A stretch of DNA of 63,965 bases, the filler included, from Collodictyon triciliatum (taxonomy: Eukaryota), in NCBI GenBank assembly GCA_043381765.1. It is 6 parts of 6 records of this genome, joined end to end, with 100 filler letters (N's around TTAATTAATTAA, not from the genome) between each part and the next. Parts side by side here need not be neighbours in the genome. Positions count along the whole stretch, not along the records: positions 61,998 to 63,965 come from JBHJMP010000187.1; 5 more parts are not named here. One strand, given 5' to 3'. A program made the translations under genes and the position numbers. Below are positions 63,784 to 63,965 of the stretch, one piece after another (the first letter of the stretch is position 1; each line of letters begins with the position of its first letter). Under the pieces are notes generated by a model that was given only the letters and a program-made list of their open reading frames with translations, ran no database searches and was not told the origin of the DNA.

Positions 63784-63965
63784 TTAGCCCACTATTTTGA
63801 ACGAAAAATGTAATATTCTTTGTTATGTGGTTTCGTATTTTTTCTACTATCTTCATATGTTATTTTTTATGTTATTTTTTATGTTATTTTTTATGTTATT
63901 TTTTATGTTATTTTTTATGTTATTTTTTATGTTATTTTTTATGTTATTTTTTATGTTATTTTTTA

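Overview
Intron-rich eukaryotic DNA using the standard genetic code, probably from a flagellated or ciliated protist: it carries SAS-6, MORN1 and lebercilin-like genes plus a mitochondrial ACAD9-type gene. The window is not contiguous. Five artificial 100-bp linkers (44 N + TTAATTAATTAA + 44 N) join six separate scaffolds, and most breaks fall in microsatellites. Manual splicing supports these genes: ACAD9/VLCAD-type acyl-CoA dehydrogenase, FHA-domain Ser/Thr kinase, a polyQ unknown protein, MORN1, two divergent Rab32/38-family GTPases, a secreted M64 (IgA-peptidase family) metallopeptidase, a KH-like + NYN/PIN (Regnase/N4BP1-type) ribonuclease, lebercilin-like protein, SCAPER, an NHL-repeat protein, SAS-6, ornithine aminotransferase (3' truncated) and several unknown partial genes. 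All names come from motif recognition, not database searches. The most unusual signal is a family of ultra-short (35-60 bp) poly(A)-tailed insertions. There are four copies on two scaffolds, two of them flanked by clear 10-14 bp target-site duplications, which suggests a tiny retroposed element. Also notable: a Rab32-like protein with an N-terminal MG motif and no C-terminal cysteines, a second Rab32-like protein lacking the catalytic Gln, GC-AG introns, and GC-rich terminal exons around AT-rich gene interiors.
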